Shown here piece by piece: positions 27,328 through 40,952 of a stretch of 64,000 nucleotides of DNA. The translations under genes and the position numbers were made by a program. Position 1 is the first letter of the stretch, and every line of letters starts with the position of its first letter. Source of the DNA: Trichoplax sp. H2 (lineage: Eukaryota); NCBI GenBank assembly GCA_003344405.1, contig NOWV01000021.1, positions 496,001 to 560,000 of the forward strand. Reading direction: 5' to 3'. The notes under the pieces were generated by a model. It ran no database searches, had not been told where the DNA came from, and was given only the letters and a program-made list of their open reading frames with translations.

Positions 27328-27780
27328 TAATTGACAATACTCAATTTGTTAATAGATATTGTAGTAGCCTATCTACTCAACATTGATTTAATACTACAAA
27401 ATGAAAATCTCATCACTCCATGTCATAAGGCAACGATTAAAAATAAATACTACTTTAAAATTGTAATCTACATAAAACAAATTAATTGACAATGCTCAAC
27501 TCGTAAAGAAGTATTGCAGTAGGCTATCTATTCAATATCGATTCATGCAACTATGCAACTATTAAACTACTATAAAATCACAATCTAAGTAATGAAGCTT
27601 AATTTACAGTGCTCAACTTGCAAAGAAACATCATAGTAACGTACATTGATTACATACTTCTACGCGACTACCCAATTATTGAGAATACTATAAAATTATA
27701 ATCTACATACTGAAGATGAATTTATAATGCTCCACTTGTACATAGATATTGTAATAGGCTATCTATTCAACATTGATACT
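27328..27780. repeat. Degenerate ~120-150-bp tandem repeat, ~4 copies
   Basis: Recurring taattgacaat.ctcaa.ttgt...atattgtagtaggctatcta.tcaacattgat near 27328, 27483, 27600, 27718. Confidence 0.7.
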
Positions 27781-28718
27781 ATATCCAATTTAAAGTAACG
27801 TTCAGTAAACAGACTTTCATCGCATATTATCCATTTCTTATTTTATTATTACTTTGCATCACCCACAAACCCTATTTACAGCCAGTATTTTTTTATTTGC
27901 AATGATAATAGTACAGTACTACACACAGAAGTCAGAGCTTGTTCTTAATTAATTTTTCAGTCCTCCTCGCTCGTGTAGTAACTAATAAATAGGACATAAA
28001 AATCAATAGAAGGACTTAGCGTCTTGTTCGCATAGTGCTTAAATTGAACAAATGTTGGTAGTTATAAATCCTTTATTAGTATACAATACATTGTTACAAT
28101 CTTTCATTATTCATAACTTATAACAGATGGAATGTACAAGTAGCCTGAGTACTTCATGATTGTACCTCAAATTACAATCAAGAATGACAGCAAAGTATTT
28201 ACAATAGCTTATCTCGTTAGATACTAGCATTATTCATGTTAATATATTTATTGTTTCAAAATAATTGCAAATATAGAAATCAGAATTAGCTGTTAAAAAT
28301 GAATAAAAAGCTATGTAATTTGAAAATTTGGATCTCTATCACAGAGTACCAACACTGTACAGACTTGTAATTCAATTTCTTTTAGCGTTAATAATAAAAC
28401 AAACCTAAATATAGAAAGTTTTTACCCCCACTTTAATTTACGCTTGAGCCGTAAAGCGAGCAAGTAGTTAGTAGTATTTGTTTCTAAAACACTAGTGCAA
28501 ACTCCCGTCGCTTTACTGACGGTTTACGATAATGTGCTCATTTAACAGAGGTTCAGTAACTTTATACCGTACCGTGTAGACCTGTCAGAGGTTCAGTAAC
28601 TTTATATCGTGTACTGTGATGTAAATGGGGAAAATATACATATTTATATACACAAGCAAATTTTTTCCTTTCCAGTCAATTAATCGCTTTACAGCCTGAC
28701 TTTTAAATAATAACAGAA

Positions 28719-31603
28719 TTATTGCTTAGCCATCTTTTGAATTTCTCCTTTCTCCTTAATAAATTCCTATTTAAATTAATTTAATATACGTACTGTTCAG
28801 TCAGCGTCCATTTACAAACGAAAGATAATCTTCTACAATTACATCATTATTTATAGGAAACTAGGCGATCCATTTATAGTGATCAATTCGTACATCAATA
28901 AAGGGCAAGACGTTTAGTAAACTGCATAACCAATCATGGCTTAGAATGTATTTAATCTTAATAATAATATATGCTGTGAAGAAATACCAACAATTTACCT
29001 GTATCTTTGTTAACTGTTGAACATGGGATAGACTACTTATAGGTTTAGCATGTTTTCGTTGACAGTGCTCAGCTATATTACCGATAGCCATGCATATCTG
29101 CCCTAACAACTGACTCTAAAATTTAAAAAGAATTATGAAAGAGATATTCATTCGTTCAAACTTTAGACTCTTAATGGAAATGCAGTTATTAGTATTACTA
29201 CATCTTAACATTAAATACAACGATTCCTAGTCTTTAGTTAGTGGTTAGCAATAGTAATTTCTGATATGATAAATAAAATATATATTGGAAGGCTACCGTA
29301 CATACAACTAAGTACAATTGCGTAGAACATAAAATGTATTCTTAAATATTGTACGTTAGAGCATAAAAAAATTATTTACCTGATTCCTTTTAATGTTGCT
29401 ACTATCGGCTAGTTCTTGAAGTAAAGCATTATTCTTATTAATCCCTGCTTCTAATTTATTTTGCTTTGAAGCAATTTTCCCATTATATACCTAAATAAAT
29501 TAAACAATAACGAAGACAAAAATTTTACATCCGTTTTTCTTACCATGATATGAATTTGTTAAACATTTTTTGTGCCATTCTTAGATCATTAACTTACAAG
29601 AAGCTGATGTTCAAATGTTTGTTTTAGCTCTAAATATTTTTGATGTCGATTTTCAATCTAATTATTCATATAGTATCATTTATTAATTGCGCTTACTTTG
29701 AAAGGCAAGATTGCCCAGACAAGAATTAATTACAAATAAATTTATTCAACGTCGAAATATTATAGATAAAGCTGCACCTCATCAGTAGCTGCATGAAGTT
29801 GCTTTAACAATCGTTTATTAGTAGAATTAAGAGTTTGATGTCGCATCATCAGAGCCCGAATAATTGAATCATTAGTTTCTAAATATTCTGAAATAAAAAG
29901 TAATCAAAATTTTACCATTTCTATCAACAAGGTAGTATCTTAACATGTACTGCACTTAAATGATACAATCCAAAATATTGAAAATTAAATCATTTCTGCA
30001 AACTTACTTTCTGGTAAGCGTTCGACTACTAATTGCAAGAACTTTTCAAATACTGAATATCTTTCTACAAGCAATTTCAATCGTCGATTCCTAAGATAGC
30101 ATAAAGAAAAATATTGCGAATATTAATATAAGTCATCATAGATCACAAATAGATTAATTTTATTACGAAGCAAAGAGATTCTTACTGCTGTTGATATTCT
30201 GCGAGCTGCTGTTTTAGTAACTCTAGCTCTACTGTTTTTTGTTCTCTTGTTCTATGCTCGACTTGATATTTTTGAATAGCTCTTTTCCTTTTGGCTTCAT
30301 TTTCATTTAGAAATTTTTCAAATTTTTGAATTCTATCTTTAATCTGCGAATAAATAGTAACGTCAGCGCGTAAGTAAAGTGAATATGAATCTTAATTAAT
30401 TGATTAACACTTTAAAGCAACCTACAGTCTGTTGCTTCTTTTCCAACTCTACTCGTCTTTCAGTGCAAGCTTGCATACGACGTGCAAATTCTTCCCGTTT
30501 AGCGTCAAGCTCATTTTGTACTTGATCTACTTCAATCTCTTTCTTAAGCAATAATGTTGACTGTAAAGTATTGATGCCAGTATCTAGTAATTTATCTGCC
30601 GACTAAATCAATACAAGTTTGATCAGTTTTTGTACTAATAACATTTATAATCTGAAAAATCGTACAACTTATTTAATGATTGGTGATATTCGAAATAAGA
30701 AAACTAATTCTTAAATTACTATTAAAAACTTACCTCTTTGACAATAGCATATCGTTGTACATTATCGCCATCGTAACTAGAGATATCAAAATCTTTCGTT
30801 AGCGTTTTAAGATACCTACAATTAACTCGTTGCATCATAACACACAAAAAATCATCCACCATGTATTTAAAACTAAAAGATATCCTTTAGTTAACAGTTT
30901 TCTAACTAAGATAATAAAAATCTGGCTACGAAAAATCATTAGCTAGTTTCAGATTGCAGAACCCGTTATGGTATAGCTTAATGTGTACTCATATACAATT
31001 TACAAGATTCTTCTCCATTGGGGATAACTAGAATATATCAAGCTATTTTTCTCTTGAAAGCTTTTTAACAATTTTTAAATATATTATATGTAGTTCAATC
31101 AGCTCTATATTTTAAATCTATTTATTTCTCAATTAGGTTATTGAAATAACCGAAATTAATCTGACCCTAAATATACCAATTACTGTTCGATGTAGGGCTA
31201 ATTTCTACGTGCTAAATAGCTACTGTCATTATATAGCAATACTAAAGATAATAGTAAGCGTCTGCATCGAATTCTATCCATCTAAGGCTATCAAGCACTG
31301 AATGTGTCCTCACTTAGTAGGAAGCAAATCAAAACAAAAAAGTGCATCTACTAAAGCAAGAATCACTATAGCATCTCATTATAGGTATTTCAATGTTACT
31401 AATAAAGGTCTTTCATATCTTCACTTAAAACATTCCGATCGTTTATGTTGAATTTAAAATTCCAGAATAGCTGTTAAATTACATTTAAGATTATTTCTAT
31501 CAAGCTATCTGTTTACATACTTGCTGTCTCCTCCTAACTGAGTAACAAACACGTTTTCCTTTGGATCTTCTAGTTCTAACCGATATAGCCTCTGTGCCGC
31601 CAT
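28719..31603 (-). CDS. DUF4200 coiled-coil ciliary protein (CCDC42/CCDC197/CFAP73 family), ~329 aa, 10 exons
   Basis: Exons 31521-31603, 30734-30776, 30426-30602, 30186-30343, 30008-30090, 29778-29887, 29598-29657, 29380-29490, 28999-29115, 28719-28766; motifs ENVFVTQLG, TLLLKKEIEVD..ELDAKREEFARRM, KFEKFLNENEAKRKRAIQK, YSVFEKFLQLVVE. Confidence 0.9.
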
Positions 31604-31854
31604 ACTAGTTATACGTACACTTAATATGAGTGCTTAGCCTCTTGCGCTTGATTACACGATATATGATTTTCTATAGTTTCGTATAAAGATTTTACTTTAA
31701 AATCGTTTGATGCTTTATAATCGATACGTAAAGTAGTCAGTTCTATACATTTCTATACAGTATGTATATGTATAGAAGCTATTTTCAACTAAAACGTAAA
31801 GCAGTATCGCCTTTAAACCGATAAAAGTTTTGAAACTTTTAACTATAATATTCC

Positions 31855-31871
31855 GTTTCCATGGTAGCAAC
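31855..31871. promoter_or_regulatory. Candidate RFX X-box upstream of the DUF4200 ciliary gene
   Basis: GTTTCCATGGTAGCAAC resembles the GTTNCCATGGNAAC consensus, ~250 bp upstream of ATG 31603. Confidence 0.6.
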
Positions 31872-33293
31872 TATTCGAACAGTTAAACGAATAGCGCATG
31901 AGCAAAATATCAAGCTGGTGTCCGGTAAATTTAAAATAAATTGAATAGGAAAATATCGACTTTTGGATATTTTATCCTACTAGTATACGATATGTTTGCT
32001 TAATTTTTCTTGTTATTAACGTTAAAGATATCTGCCATTATAATCCATCAAGTATTCACTATTGCAAAGTTTTTCAATATATTCATATTTATCCTTGCAC
32101 TCGCTATTAATTAACCATCAGTACTATAGTCGGTGTACTATTTAACGTGATCTAAGCTAGAGGTGAGAATAAAAGCAATAGGTACCGTACACTTACTACT
32201 AACTACGATTATATGACGATCTCTCTCATTTAGCAATTTATACATATATGGCACGTGATGTATTTATTCCACTAAATTATATGTTGCTAAACAACATTCA
32301 GTATCACGACAAATTAAATCGTCAGGGAGTTTTATAGAATAGACTTATGTAATCAAATCAGATCAGTCATACGTAAATATCCTTAACAACTTCTTTCATC
32401 TCCATTTGTATCACAAACTTGATATCAACCCTATGCCTACGGAAAATTAGTTCGAGAATATGGTTCATCGGTAATAACCGTACTACACGCACGCCATTAC
32501 ATATCTTTACGTTCACTGCCTGATAGTAGCAATTAGCAAGCAGCGTGATATCGTAATAAATCACTACAGTATCTGACAATACAAAATATTATGGTTTTTC
32601 TTGCACTAGAACCCATAATCTATTCCATTCCCCTCCGCTATCTCTTAATAGAGTGAGTAGAGTATAGTTCATATTACTATTCAGTGCCTTCGGCTATAGT
32701 TCAACTCTCTATGGAAGTATATGAAAATCGAACAAGATTATAATAGTCCACGATTATATCCAGCATGCAGTGTACAAAATTACATTAATAACTCAGTAAA
32801 TCCTCCACATTGCAACTACTGTACAATACTAGTACGGGTTCGCAACTTAATAAGTCATCTACAACATTGGTAATGCGGTATTCAATCAAAGTCGGTCACA
32901 TACAGAATCCTGTAGTTAAAACTGCAGAAATAGAGATGAGATCATTCAGCATGCTGCGCTAAAATACTTCTCTTTCAACAAGCACAATTGAAAGTTTAAA
33001 TTCATCCATTACGTTAAAGATTTAAATTTCTGATTCCAGATATGCTTTATTTAACCGAAAATACATATCAACACGTACAGGACATTTCAAATGTACCTAT
33101 TTATTAAACTACAGCCATCGTGATACCTAAAAGTAGTAGTGCAATTCCTTTCTACCTATAAGTATTATCGTTGAGAATTAAATAAATATTATTAGGCGAC
33201 TTTATGGTAATATTAAACTAAGGTAGTCAAGATCTGAAAATTATCGATCAATCATAAAATAAAATAAGATATATGTACTATACGTCTCGTTAA

Positions 33294-35416
33294 TCACTTA
33301 AGTAATTGTAATAAATGTTGACTAAAGGAATATAAAGGAAATCCCATCACGTTGAAGTAATCCCCATGAATTTCTTTTACTAAAGTAGAGCCACGTCCTT
33401 GTATACCGAATGTAAGCGTTTGTTAAGAAATAACCAGAAAGTCAAAGAATCACAGAAGCTATGAATAGATAACGATGCAACTATGAAATGAATGGATGGG
33501 TTTGATTCTGGCAGTACAGCAACTAGTAGCATAATTTAGAAAAATGATAACACATAAAATATTAAAGTGTACTTGACATAGTGTGTAATAGAAAGGATAT
33601 GATCCAGCCTTATCCCTGTTCGTAATTAGAGAATCAAATATTTCATTTGTTAGTGATAACATACGACATTACTTTTAATTAAATTTATTTGGGAAGGATA
33701 ATATGACCGCATAATGCTTACATAGGTTCTCCAGTTTTAACATAGGCTTCAATCACTTCGTGACTCAACTCTCCCATTATGACTTCAGTCTTTTCGTGAA
33801 ACTGAACAATATTCATGCTCTCCTCTATTCAAACAACGAAATTCTTTTTCACACAATTTTTAAAATTAGATGAAATAATATTAGTTACATACTTTCAATA
33901 TCCGTTATTAGAGTAATTCCGGTACAAACATAATGAGATCTGGAACTTAGGCTGAAAACGTTAAAACAAAAGTACGGTGTTGCTATTTACGATCATGTCA
34001 TATACTATCACCTTTAACAAGAATTAGTAAATCTATCAAGCAGTAAACTAAGCTCAGTACCGATTGCAAACATTATCATCTTTATAAAGAATTGGAGTAT
34101 AAGTAATATAAAACCTTGCAAGCATTTGAGCTGCGTGTCTTTCATCGGCGGGTTTTTCTAAAATTTGATCGCCAAGAACCTAAAAATTCGGGTAGAAAAT
34201 ACGGGTACATAAACGTCATCCAATAAGAAATCTTACCACATATAATGTCGTATAGCTGACATTGTGGCACTTTCAATCTTCTTGAGACTTACAACAACAG
34301 TATCTGCACCAATGATCAGATCCGCACGAGTACCCTTGAATAAGTCAACAATAGCGCATCATAATACCGTTGATGATATACAGTACCAATACCATATAAA
34401 GCAAAGTTTACATTTAATTACTGTAAAATCTTCTCTAGGAGTTGAGAGTTTATAAAATAATGTAACTGTTCCCGATAGATACACTTACCTTTTCTAATAA
34501 ATTAGAAGCAACTTCTTTAGCCTTCTGTTTTGCAGTTTCTTTGACGTAATCAGACGGAAGTGCAAATAGATTCTTGTCAAGATTCTCTTCAAAGTTGGAG
34601 GGAATAGCTTTAAATTTCAACCCCTATATTAATAAATTTATGCATAATCATAATATCGTTAAAATTAATTTCAAATGATTTCATTCACGGATATTCAGTA
34701 CTCGCTTCAATTACAGTGTGATCTTGTAATATGTATTAATTATTTAATTATTACTACAATGAATTAAAAGCATTTGTCACATCTTAAGACCTGCAAGCTG
34801 CGTGAGCTGTATAGTAAATAAGTTATTAATTTTTCAGTTCGATCGGATGATATTTAATATGCTTTTATTGGACTTGATTCCTTCAATTCACAAGAATACA
34901 TTTTGATTGCATCGTTAACATGTTACTGCTGCACCATCCTTATTACAGGGTAGCAGTACACATACATATAGCATGTTCATCTTACTTCAGTAATAACAGC
35001 ATACACTCAACTTTTTAGTGTTACAGGCCAAATTATTTAAAAGACAATGAAACTGTAAAGGTGCTTCACATTTATCAACTGTATAGCACATGCAAACTTT
35101 GCAGTAGTATTTTTAAACTAGGTAAATTCAAGCTGCAAAATGAGCAAATTATTTTAGTGATAGGCTCTCTCTCATCAGCTAGCTGGCTATTATTACTGTA
35201 CGTGCAGCCGATGGACACTTTCCTGTCAAGAATGTCAAATGCTCCTATGCGTTTATCCAATACCCTGCAACGATTACGACATGGATAGAAAATTTTCTAT
35301 CCTATCTATCACCTACTATTACTTACAATTAAATTAAGTAAGTGATGTCTTCGAGGCGATCCACTTGCAAGAATGATAGATTTATCGGCCAACTTGCTTA
35401 GAACAGGCTCTAACAT
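33294..35416 (-). CDS. Stand-alone Maf-family dTTP/UTP pyrophosphatase (ASMTL N-terminal / YhdE type), ~208 aa, 8 exons
   Basis: Exons 35327-35416, 34489-34623, 34293-34334, 34115-34179, 33893-33951, 33722-33824, 33601-33615, 33294-33411; motifs IILASGSPRR, PSNFEENLDK, IIGADTVV, ILEKP, YVKTGEPMDKAGSFGIQG, IHGDYFNVMGFP. Confidence 0.95.
33412..33600 (-). other. U12-type (minor spliceosome) AT-AC intron
   Basis: 5' site ATATCCTTT, branch site TTCTTAAC ~10 nt before the terminal AC; removal restores DKAGSFGIQG. Confidence 0.92.
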
Positions 35417-36115
35417 TTCGTCTTCTTCTTGAATAATAGTAGAGTTTAAAGGTGAAAAAATTGAAACTGCTTGCTTCTACCAGTCTATGTCCTTTCGTAG
35501 AGACCTTGCAAAGAGGATTTTCCCAATACTTTCCAGGATGAAATGGTTAATTAACTCAAATTATAGCAAGTTTAGCAAGCTACAATTGCATAAAATTGCA
35601 TCATGCAGAGGTTGCTATGATTCCTAGCTGCAGTTTTTGTTATGATACTCCAGTTACGCGGGAAATACCCATCGACCGATAGAGGAAAAGAAATGGTAGG
35701 GACTTTACAAAGCACAGTATGAAACTAATAGGGAAGTTTGTGTACCATGACTGCAATAGTACGAGTCCAAAGTCTTGTCATACTAGCTCTATTATAGTGA
35801 TCAAACAAGAGGTAAGAAGTTATACAATTTTACTATCCAGGACGTGTGTCTATTTTACTGGTCATTTCAACTGAATAGCGAAGCGAAACGATACGTTCCG
35901 TTCCGGTTCTCATCCAAATGAGCCACTTTGCTGTCCTTGGCTACTTTTGTACAGTGTAGTATACGGTTACAGTGATCGCGTATATTAGAATGACTAGAAA
36001 AATAATAGGCACCTGCATTATTTTGTACTGAAAGGCTACTTGTGGTCTCTCTCTAGCAGAGGCTCCATTTATACTTTTAGACTCTACCTCGCTAGCCAAC
36101 AAGAAGCTCCAAAAA

Positions 36116-36466
36116 ATGGTCTTCAGGTTTTTACTGAAGTATAATATGACGTTTTACGTCTTTATGTCTTCAATAACAGGTATAGCACTTGGCTATATGA
36201 TTTATGAGAAGAAACAAGGACGTCCTATAAGATGTAAGGTTGAAAACATGTATTTGCAAACTATATGATACACAACAAGAACACACACACACGATGCAAA
36301 ATTGCTCAATAGGCCAAGCTGGCTAAGAAAAATGATCCTGATATTTATTATTACCTTGCTTGTAGATCCAAAAGATGCTTCAGCCAACAGTGAACGTATC
36401 ATTGATAAGCTTGGCGTAATTGAGAATCTCTCCACAATCGTCCAATTTTTAAATTCCTCAACCAAG
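36116..36466 (+). CDS. Candidate small single-pass membrane protein (first two exons; 3' end unresolved)
   Basis: 36116-36233 MVFRFLLKYNMTFYVFMSSITGIALGYMIYEKKQGRPIR|gtaag, then ag|36366-36466 (Y)PKDASANSERIIDKLGVIENLSTIVQFLNSSTK|gtaaa, in phase; possible last exon 37062-37121. Confidence 0.45.
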
Positions 36467-39400
36467 GTAAAATGATTGTCATTATAATAATAATCGTATT
36501 TGCAAACCTTGGTGTAACTTTCATGCACAATCATCACTACTGTAGTATTTGCTGTACTAATTTTACAATCCAAATTTTGCCTTCTTTAGAGAGGTAGGAC
36601 AGAGGCATCCCCTACTAGTATCATAGATGTTACTTCATTACTGATATAATGTAATACATCAACATTAAAATCAATTATATACTCGTATAATTAATTCATT
36701 ATATACGTATAATCAGCGTTACAAAATCAATCATTAGATTCTACTTTATCAATATCACAGGAGGCTGGAAGGAATCATCGAACAGTAGCCATATAGGCCG
36801 TATAGACTAGCATATCACACTTTTACCCCTTACCAATACTATCGTATTAACCTTGAACAACCTAGAGTTGAATATGTTATAATTAGTTCCTTTAGAATAG
36901 ATTACTGATTTATGTCCATAGCCAAATTAAATCAATCAATCACTCTATTAAACTGTCCGTAATTGAATTTGATACCATTATATTCTAAATCCTCATCGTT
37001 CTAAGCACTTTAAGCTAAACTACTAATCATACATGTATCTTTACCATACAATTGCTTCTAGGATGACTGGAACTTGAAGAACTATAATAAAGATAAAACC
37101 AATGAAAAAGCAGAAGATTGAAAGATTTTGCTATCGTGATGGTATTCCGCATTACTGTACAAATTAGTGTAGAACATGATGACATATAGCATCAAGTGGC
37201 TCTTTCTAGTATTTATACCTTACACAATTTTAAATGGCATAACTGAGCAGTTTTTGAAACTCTCAACTTTGCTCAACCGAAAGATCTCAGCATATATCTA
37301 CCATCCAACATGTCAAGTAACTCATATTCAATTTCTATACCAATAATGATCCTGTCTACTGAGGACACGAGAATTTCCAATGCTGTCTAACGTGCTCAAA
37401 ATCTATTCGATATTGCCTAATCCGCTTGCTGCTACAATAGATGACTACGTTACATTAATTAGCATTATAACTGCGACAAAACATCCAACTTAATGATATG
37501 AAGATATTCAGACTATTCACTAACCTATGCAAGTCGAGATTGTTATCAAACTAACAATGGACATGATGACTTCTTAAATATTCTGTAATATCGATATGAA
37601 ATTTCCTCTTGTAAGTACGGTAACTTGCTATTTCAACTATGATGCCTTTGCATTACTTAAAATACTATTAAAATGCAGTAAGAATGGCTGCTGCAATGTG
37701 AAAGATAAATCACGTAGCAAGATTGATTCTAGCCACAGTACATTTTTCTATACTGCTCATGCAGTCACTATAATATAGAACCACATTTTGATATTTACAA
37801 TACAAAAGATGTATACTTATTGTAAAAATGTTTACCAAATATTTTGCATCTTGGTCATAGTAAGGCTAAAAAAATCTTGTAATAAATTCGATTTTCCTAG
37901 GATATGTGCCATTTGGCTGATATTTAGCGGTGGAATGAAATATATTATCAATAATACTACAGCTATCTTCTCTAATTTCCAATATTAAATAACATGAAAT
38001 CTATCATGATAAATGAAACGTACCGACTAATGAGACTAACTTGTTTCTGAATGATAGATACATCTGGTGATTAGATTGCGGTTAATTAATTATTTTATAT
38101 GCATGATACGATGGCATCAAATTCCTACAGTGCGATATGTTATACTGTTACTGAGTAACTTTTGCATAGCTACCGTAACATAGTTTCCTTAGGATTACTT
38201 ATCTAGGAATGTACTGATGTTAATTTATCTATGTATTGATAACTAATGTTTATGTAGATTTACTATAAATTGACTGGTTTTTCAATTAAGTTTGGGTTTA
38301 GTTTTGTTTAAGAGAGTAGTTGCGTTACTATTCCTCCTAACGATATGAGATCCTTAGTATTTAGAGTCATACTGTACCGTAGGTAGATGTCGGAGAGGAC
38401 AAATCTGACCATAGGCTCGTAGTGGCATAGTTTTCTGTAGTAGTTTAACTTTTCCTCGTTACAAATTTCGATTTGCAACTCATACCATATAGATTTAATT
38501 TTTTTCTTTCCACTAATATTACAGTGTAATTTGAGTACGTATATCGTATAATTTTAATGATTCAATTCCTGGTTTCAATGACGACAGTATGATAAGACTG
38601 CAATCCTATTCGCATATTTACCATAATGTACGATTTTAGAGTTCAAAGAATTGCTCAGGATTTCTGACGCGTCCGCTTACAACTGTGGACATATATATTT
38701 GGGGATATAACTGTATTATTGTTTTGCTATCACTATTATAATGTACTGTTAGGCTGTTATAGTGATACCATTCTTAAATATTTATTTTTAAGAATAAAAG
38801 GTACAAATGGAATAGCTTAACAGTATTTATTTCAACTTTAAACTAACCAATCTCTACACTTGACCCTATTTATGTATTTTCATCAGTATGCGAGTCTATT
38901 TAGTGTGGAAAGAAAATAGAAGGTTTTTGAACAAAGATAGCTTTAAAATGAAATACGTATAGATAAATATAACATAAATATATTATTAGCTCCAGCTATA
39001 AGTTAAGTAATCCCTAAACTCCTACTTGCAATTTATTAATATCCAAGGATAATACAGAAAAAATAAAATAAAAATTTCTAAGTACCGTCGTAAAAATACA
39101 CATAGTCATGGTAATTTTTTCGGATGTTCAACATAATCTAATACGGTAATGCTTTCTTTGATATGCGAATAATATTAGTAATATTAAAGCAATTTAATAG
39201 ATATTGCATTTTGAATATTAATAATAGACTATATATATATCAGGTCGCTACTATGTTCTTAAAATCACACATAGGTCACGTACTATAGAATTATCAGTTA
39301 ACAGCTTTTAAAAAAAAACTTTCCATACCCACAACTGCTACACTACTATTATGTTACCATTGCTGATAAATTGCTGTATTAATTAAAAATATCGAGAATT

Positions 39401-40952
39401 TTAATACTATCTCATCTAGGTATATTTCTAATGCTAAAATTGGCTCGTAACGATATCTATTTTATTACAGACTAGTTCCTATTTACAGTTATACTATTTT
39501 ATGCTTTATTTTTTAAAATAAAATTTATCTATCCATCTGGCTTCTATCGAATTATGGAAATGCTACAGTAACCTATGTTAAAAGACATTCTAAAAACTAA
39601 TTATATCATCTTCGCTAGGATATTAACCATTGTCATCCTTAATTGCTAGTAAATTATACACAACTTGTTACGAATTATTTTTATAACATTTACGAGTATA
39701 TTCTTATCTTGAAATAAAGAAATTTCTATATCCATCCTACAGTAGACTATCCTACATGGAATGGAGCAGGTCAATCTTTCCATCGTCTAGAAATGGGAAT
39801 CTATTCTAAATTTCGAATCGTTGCTATTCCTACCTACTACTACCACCACTTCCAGCATTTTTATAACATCAGATAAGAGTGCATTTTACCTTTCTCGCTC
39901 TCTTACTAATAGTAGGGAATATAATACACCTATAAGTATGCTAATAGCAAGGAAAAGCGCTAAAAGAGTCAATTGAAAATACATTCTTCTACTATGTCAC
40001 TTGTGCATATTGACTTTTCTCATTTTCCTATATCCGCATAGCAAGGATATGTCGAAAAGAGAATTGGAATTATAATCTTTCTACTGTGTGCAACTTGTGT
40101 AACCTTCTAATACAATTAATTGATTATAGTGGACAATAGATTGCTATTCAAGCCAATATTGCCTATACAGGATAAAACAGTAACCGCTAACAAATTGATT
40201 GACGACATGTTTGTTATGTCTACTAGTCGTTTTTATTCATTAAACAAAGAAAATCGGGGCAATTTTCCTTCTGTTTTTTCCTATAACAACTACCATAATT
40301 GATGCTCATGCGTGCTATTTCCAATTTTTTGATTTAATGATCTGCAAGTGATCATCATAATTGATGAGCAATAATATCCTTGTCGCATTAGTGATGATCA
40401 CTAGCTAGTTTACGAATATCGACCGCATCTGTGGTGCTAAAGTTATCCCTTGAAGAATTTGCATCCATTTCATGACTTACTCTCTCTATTTACCCGTCTT
40501 TTAACGGATTGATTATTGATAAGAATTAGAATTGGAATAGAATTGCAAGATTTGAAAGCTATCGTGAAAAAACAGAAGTAAGAAAAATGAAGATAAATCT
40601 TGTCATTATCTAACTAACTTGATCAGGTCTATTATCCATCATAGATGGATGGATTTATTTTTTTTCTCCTCAATTATTGTTTATTCATGTCGTTGTAAAA
40701 TGTTATTTTATTAAAGTCATTCTCCTTTTTCTAATGGTAAAATGGATGTCAACACTCATTTGATTTTTTGCTTGTTTTTCACTCTTCTCCATAAGCTAGA
40801 AAATTCGATTACTATCTTGCACCGAATTATTTGGATATTAATTACTCCATTCCTTCTTGCTAAGGTGAATGAAAGTCTACTTGATAGCAAGGGACTTGTT
40901 CAACGAGGATTCCATACTAATATTATTTTTCCTCTTTCGACTAATATTAGAT

